This document shows, piece after piece, positions 60,164-64,000 of a DNA stretch of 64,000 nt. Numbering within the stretch: the first letter of the stretch is position 1; each line of letters opens with the position of its first letter. This stretch comes from an uncultured Gammaproteobacteria bacterium (GTDB lineage: Bacteria; Patescibacteriota; Patescibacteriia; Magasanikbacterales; GWA2-37-8). Location of the stretch: assembly GCA_964536725.1 (NCBI GenBank), contig CAZHYJ010000006.1, positions 482-64,481 of the forward strand, written 5' to 3'. The translations under genes were made by a program, and so were the position numbers. The notes under the pieces are model-generated. The model was not told where the DNA came from. It searched no databases and saw only the letters and a list, made by a program, of their open reading frames with translations.

Positions 60164-63010
60164 ATGCCAATTCCACAACTCACTCGTCGAGCTCGCACCT
60201 ATGGCGAAATTGACCCCGAGACACCCCGCCAACGCCGACCAAAATTCAAAAAGGTGTGGTTGAAAAGAATCCTGTTAGCCGGAGCAACCTGTGTCGCCCT
60301 TGGTGTTATTTTCGTCACCATTTTAGTGGCCTGGGCCAGTCGTGATCTGCCTGATCCAAATAATCTCTCTAGCCGTCAAACTTCACAAAGCACCAAAATC
60401 TACGACCGCACCGGCGAACACCTACTTTACGAGATTTACCAAAATCAAAAACGCACTGATGTCGAACTCAACCAGATGTCTCCTTGGCTCCCTAAAGCCA
60501 CTATTGCCGTGGAAGACAAGAATTTTTATGAACACAATGGCGTTCGTTTAATTAGTATTATCCGTGCTGGAGTAAATAATTTACTCGGCCGTAAAGCTGG
60601 TTCTGGTGGCGCCTCGACCATCACTCAACAATTTATTAAAAACTCTATCGTCGGCAACGAGCGCTCAATATTTAGAAAAATAAAGGAGGCAATTTTGGCG
60701 CTGCGTTTGGAAACAAAATACACTAAGGATGAGATATTAAAAATGTATTTGAATGATGCGCCGTATGGTTCTACTAATTATGGCGTTGAATCCGCCAGCC
60801 AAAGTTACTTTCATAAAAAAGCCGCTGACTTAGACTTGGCTGAATCTGCCACACTCGCCGCTATCATCCAAGCACCAACCCGCTATTTAAACAACCCTGA
60901 CTCACTGCGTAATCGGCGTGATTTAGTTTTACGCCTAATGTTCGATCAAGGAAAAATTACCGAAGAGGAAAAAAACACTGCTCAAGGCGTTGCTCTGCGC
61001 ATCTATCGTGGTGGTGGGATTATGGACGCACCTCACTTTGTCTTACACGTTAAACAACTATTGGCCGATCAAATGGGTGAAAAAGAATTAGATATGGGTG
61101 GTTTAAGAGTAATCACCACTTTGGATTATGAAAAACAAAAAGCGGCAGAGAAAATTATCAAAGAACAGGGCGACAAGTTTGCTAAAGATTCTAATGCAAA
61201 CAACGCCTCGCTTGTAACCATCGACCCAAAGACCGGACAAATCCTGGCCATGGTTGGTTCACGTGATTTTGAAAACGACGAAATTGATGGACAGTTTAAT
61301 GTGGCCACTTTAGGGCGCCGTCAACCCGGCTCATCATTCAAACCTTTTGTCTATGCTGCCGCTTGGGAAAAAGGCTACACCCCGGAAACAGTTTTGTATG
61401 ATGTTGATACTAATTTTGACCAACGCACTGGTGGTAGTTATGCACCGAAGAACTATGACGGTAAAGAGTATGGACTCATCACTATGCGTAAGGCTCTACA
61501 AGGCTCCTTAAACGTCCCTGCAGTGAAAACACTTTACCTCGTAGGCCAAGAACCAATCATCGACCTAGCCGCGCGCTTTGGTTACACCACTCTTGGTAAA
61601 GAAGTTGTTGAACGCACCAGTTTAAGTTTGGTGTTGGGTGGTGCCGAAGTAAACTTGCTGGAACACACTTCCGCCTATGCCACCCTCGCCAACAATGGCG
61701 AGCGTTTTCCAACGGAAAGTATTTTAGAAATTAAAAACAGTCAGGGTGAAAAACTTTGGGAATGGAAAAAACCGGAAAGTACTGAGGCAATGAAACCAGA
61801 GATTGTGGCTTTACTCGACAACGTTTTGTCCGATGATAAGGCCCGTTCATATATCTTTGGCACTGGTGGGAATCTCACATTGCCTGGCAGACCAGTAGCG
61901 GCCAAGACTGGTACCACCAACGACAACAAGGACGCTTGGACAATGGGCTACACCCCTTCCGTTGCGGTAGGTGTTTGGGTAGGTAATACCAAGAACACAC
62001 CAATGAAGGCTGGTGGTAATGCTTTGGCGGGAAAAATCTGGAATTTGTACATGCGCGAGATTACCAAAGATACTCCAGTAGAACAGTTCCTTACCCCACC
62101 AGCAAACGATGCGACTAAACCAGTGTTACGTGGTGGCGATGGTGGTATAAAAGTTCTGGTGAATCGTTTGAATGGAAAAATCGCTGCTTCAACTACGCCC
62201 ACTAGTTTGATAACGGAAAAAACATTTTTACCACCACACGATATTTTACATTATGTAAACAAAGACGATCCGCGTGGACCGGCGTTAGAAAATCCAGCTG
62301 ACGATCCACAATATGAAAATTGGGAAAAGGCTTTAAATGATTGGGTAGATCGTTTACGAACATCTGGTAAAGATATTTCGCTGGAAGAACCACCAACCGA
62401 AGTTGACAACCCCATCGCCAATGAGTTGGCACCACAAATTGATTTTGTCTCACCTACTGCCGGACAAACAATCACTAACCGACAAATGACGCTTGAGGTG
62501 CGCGCCACTTCCCCGCGTGGGGTAACACGAGTAACTTTTCAAGTTGATGGCTTAACGGTTGGAACAGTAAACAGCTTTCCGTTTAAGATTGACTACTTGG
62601 CAAAAATATTAAGCAACGGCAATCACACTCTTAATGTTACCGCCGAAGACGACCAGGGAAATTTTGGTGAAAAAGCAATTGAGTTTAATCTAAATGCAGA
62701 AATGGGTCCACCCGATTTTGACTGGGGCGAACAAAATCCGCTCGCTTTGAACAAAGATGATTTCCCCCGTTCGATTTCGATCTTGCCTTTCCGTTGGACA
62801 GATACTAAAGATTTGAAAATATATTTAACAACCGGCGGAAGTAAAAAATTAATTTACACCTTTACTTCAAAGGACGACAAACCAACAACCGGCCGACTAA
62901 TGTTTACTTGGAAGAATTTTCCCGGTGCTGGAGAACATATGTTGACTGGTGAGATGACAGATAACAGTGAAAATATTAAGACACACGAGTTAACAATACA
63001 AGCACAGTAA
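60164..63010 (+). CDS. class A penicillin-binding protein (PBP1A family) with a C-terminal Ig-like domain
   Basis: EDKNF..H.G, GASTITQQ, RKIKE, SSFK, SLN, KTGT. Confidence 0.96.
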   Translation: MPIPQLTRRARTYGEIDPETPRQRRPKFKKVWLKRILLAGATCVALGVIFVTILVAWASRDLPDPNNLSSRQTSQSTKIYDRTGEHLLYEIYQNQKRTDVELNQMSPWLPKATIAVEDKNFYEHNGVRLISIIRAGVNNLLGRKAGSGGASTITQQFIKNSIVGNERSIFRKIKEAILALRLETKYTKDEILKMYLNDAPYGSTNYGVESASQSYFHKKAADLDLAESATLAAIIQAPTRYLNNPDSLRNRRDLVLRLMFDQGKITEEEKNTAQGVALRIYRGGGIMDAPHFVLHVKQLLADQMGEKELDMGGLRVITTLDYEKQKAAEKIIKEQGDKFAKDSNANNASLVTIDPKTGQILAMVGSRDFENDEIDGQFNVATLGRRQPGSSFKPFVYAAAWEKGYTPETVLYDVDTNFDQRTGGSYAPKNYDGKEYGLITMRKALQGSLNVPAVKTLYLVGQEPIIDLAARFGYTTLGKEVVERTSLSLVLGGAEVNLLEHTSAYATLANNGERFPTESILEIKNSQGEKLWEWKKPESTEAMKPEIVALLDNVLSDDKARSYIFGTGGNLTLPGRPVAAKTGTTNDNKDAWTMGYTPSVAVGVWVGNTKNTPMKAGGNALAGKIWNLYMREITKDTPVEQFLTPPANDATKPVLRGGDGGIKVLVNRLNGKIAASTTPTSLITEKTFLPPHDILHYVNKDDPRGPALENPADDPQYENWEKALNDWVDRLRTSGKDISLEEPPTEVDNPIANELAPQIDFVSPTAGQTITNRQMTLEVRATSPRGVTRVTFQVDGLTVGTVNSFPFKIDYLAKILSNGNHTLNVTAEDDQGNFGEKAIEFNLNAEMGPPDFDWGEQNPLALNKDDFPRSISILPFRWTDTKDLKIYLTTGGSKKLIYTFTSKDDKPTTGRLMFTWKNFPGAGEHMLTGEMTDNSENIKTHELTIQAQ

Positions 63011-63073
63011 AAAGAAAAACACCTACACAGAAATGTGTAGGTGTTTTTAAATAAACTGCTTTTATCGCACTCC

Positions 63074-63529
63074 TTAAACCATTTGAGAAAAATATTTACA
63101 CCCAATTAAAATGTTTGGTGATGAAACATTGTTGTTTTTTTCTAATTCTTCCACCTCATCTAACGTAAACCAAGCACACTTAGACAAGTCTGGCTCAAAA
63201 CCATCTTTTAGTTTTGCTAGGTAGTGAATTAAAATTATTTTTTCTTTTTCTCCATTTCTTTCAATTTCATCTGTGATAATCAACGGATCTATACTTTCTA
63301 CCAACTCTACCTCCAAACCAACATCTTCCTTTGGTCTAAATATCGCATTTTCTTTTGGAGACTTACCATCATCAAGCCGACCGCCTGTAAATTGATATTT
63401 TCCTGTACTACTAGAGATGTGCAGCAAGAACTTTCCCTCTTCACTAATGATAACAGGACCAGTGCTAATACCAATTTTTATGTCCTGGTTTTTAAAGTTT
63501 TTTGCTGGGTAGTTAAATATGTTTGTCAT
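63074..63529 (-). CDS. NUDIX-family hydrolase (degenerate box)
   Basis: FTGGRLDDG.SP.ENA..RPKEDVGL. Confidence 0.75.
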   Translation of the reverse strand: MTNIFNYPAKNFKNQDIKIGISTGPVIISEEGKFLLHISSSTGKYQFTGGRLDDGKSPKENAIFRPKEDVGLEVELVESIDPLIITDEIERNGEKEKIILIHYLAKLKDGFEPDLSKCAWFTLDEVEELEKNNNVSSPNILIGCKYFSQMV

Positions 63530-63565
63530 ATTACAAATTGAGTAAAAATTTTCATGAGTTTTTTA

Positions 63566-64000
63566 TTAAGTTACTAGCAACATAATAACAATGGCAAAAA
63601 TAAAAATAAAGGCAAGGCCAAAAGCTAATATTTTAAACATAAACTTGCTTTCTTTGTCGCTATTTTGCTTGTCTTTTAAAATTTTCTCAATATTTTGAAT
63701 TTTTGGATAATTCATGGAGTTCAAAAGCAAAAGAACATTTTTTATGCTTTTAATTTTTGAGCTTAAAAAGGCGTTATTTTCTCCATTAGAACTGCCAAAG
63801 GTTAATTTTACCAACTCCCTCTGTTTTCTTTTATAAATTATTTCAGCAGTAATTGTTGTTACATCTGTTTTTTTTATTTCTTTAAATATTTGTTTATTTT
63901 TTAAAAATTTTATACCATCTGAATCAATTTGGATTTCAAATCCGTATTTTTTAGCTAGATAGAAGATGCTAAAAAGGATATTTAAAATATTGAACAGCCA
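63566..64000 (-). CDS. membrane hypothetical protein, 3' part (runs off window end)
   Basis: Frame is open from 64000 to the stop at 63566; hydrophobic segments at both ends. Confidence 0.6.
   Translation of the reverse strand, partial: WLFNILNILFSIFYLAKKYGFEIQIDSDGIKFLKNKQIFKEIKKTDVTTITAEIIYKRKQRELVKLTFGSSNGENNAFLSSKIKSIKNVLLLLNSMNYPKIQNIEKILKDKQNSDKESKFMFKILAFGLAFIFIFAIVIMLLVT

Overview
AT-rich bacterial chromosome segment. The gene content suggests a Patescibacteria/CPR (Parcubacteria-like) genome using code 11; this is an inference. Most genes are on the minus strand. Housekeeping genes: thrS, pilB, ftsH, rpsA, ahcY plus an adenosine-kinase-like gene, recQ, ung, trpS, rpsL-rpsG-fusA (no tuf), pcrA, tgt, gpmI, lspA, comM and PBP1A. 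Accessory content: one IS481-family element, an organoarsenical-resistance-like cluster between two tRNA-Ser genes, an ECF sigma/MacAB-type module, and several surface proteins. Four canonical tRNAs are present (His-GUG, Ser-CGA, Ser-UGA, Asn-GUU). The main finding is that tRNA genes appear to be controlled by cognate-amino-acid leader-peptide attenuators. tRNA-Asn lies behind an 18-Asn leader (MQFTR-N18-KPPCCE) with a complete 1:2/2:3/3:4 attenuator. tRNA-His lies behind a His-His leader and a terminator, with a TrpR-type palindrome over its promoter and a TrpR/YerC-family gene nearby. Directly after tRNA-His is an unannotated 73-nt non-canonical tRNA-like cloverleaf with a GUG anticodon, followed by an orphan gene with weak CDPS/class-I-synthetase-like features and an amidohydrolase. 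Also seen: a compact Thr T-box riboswitch before thrS, an unknown ~330-nt structured RNA with palindromic operators and DnaA boxes, a dispersed repeat that ends in start codons, a MITE, and a NUDIX pseudogene with an internal deletion.
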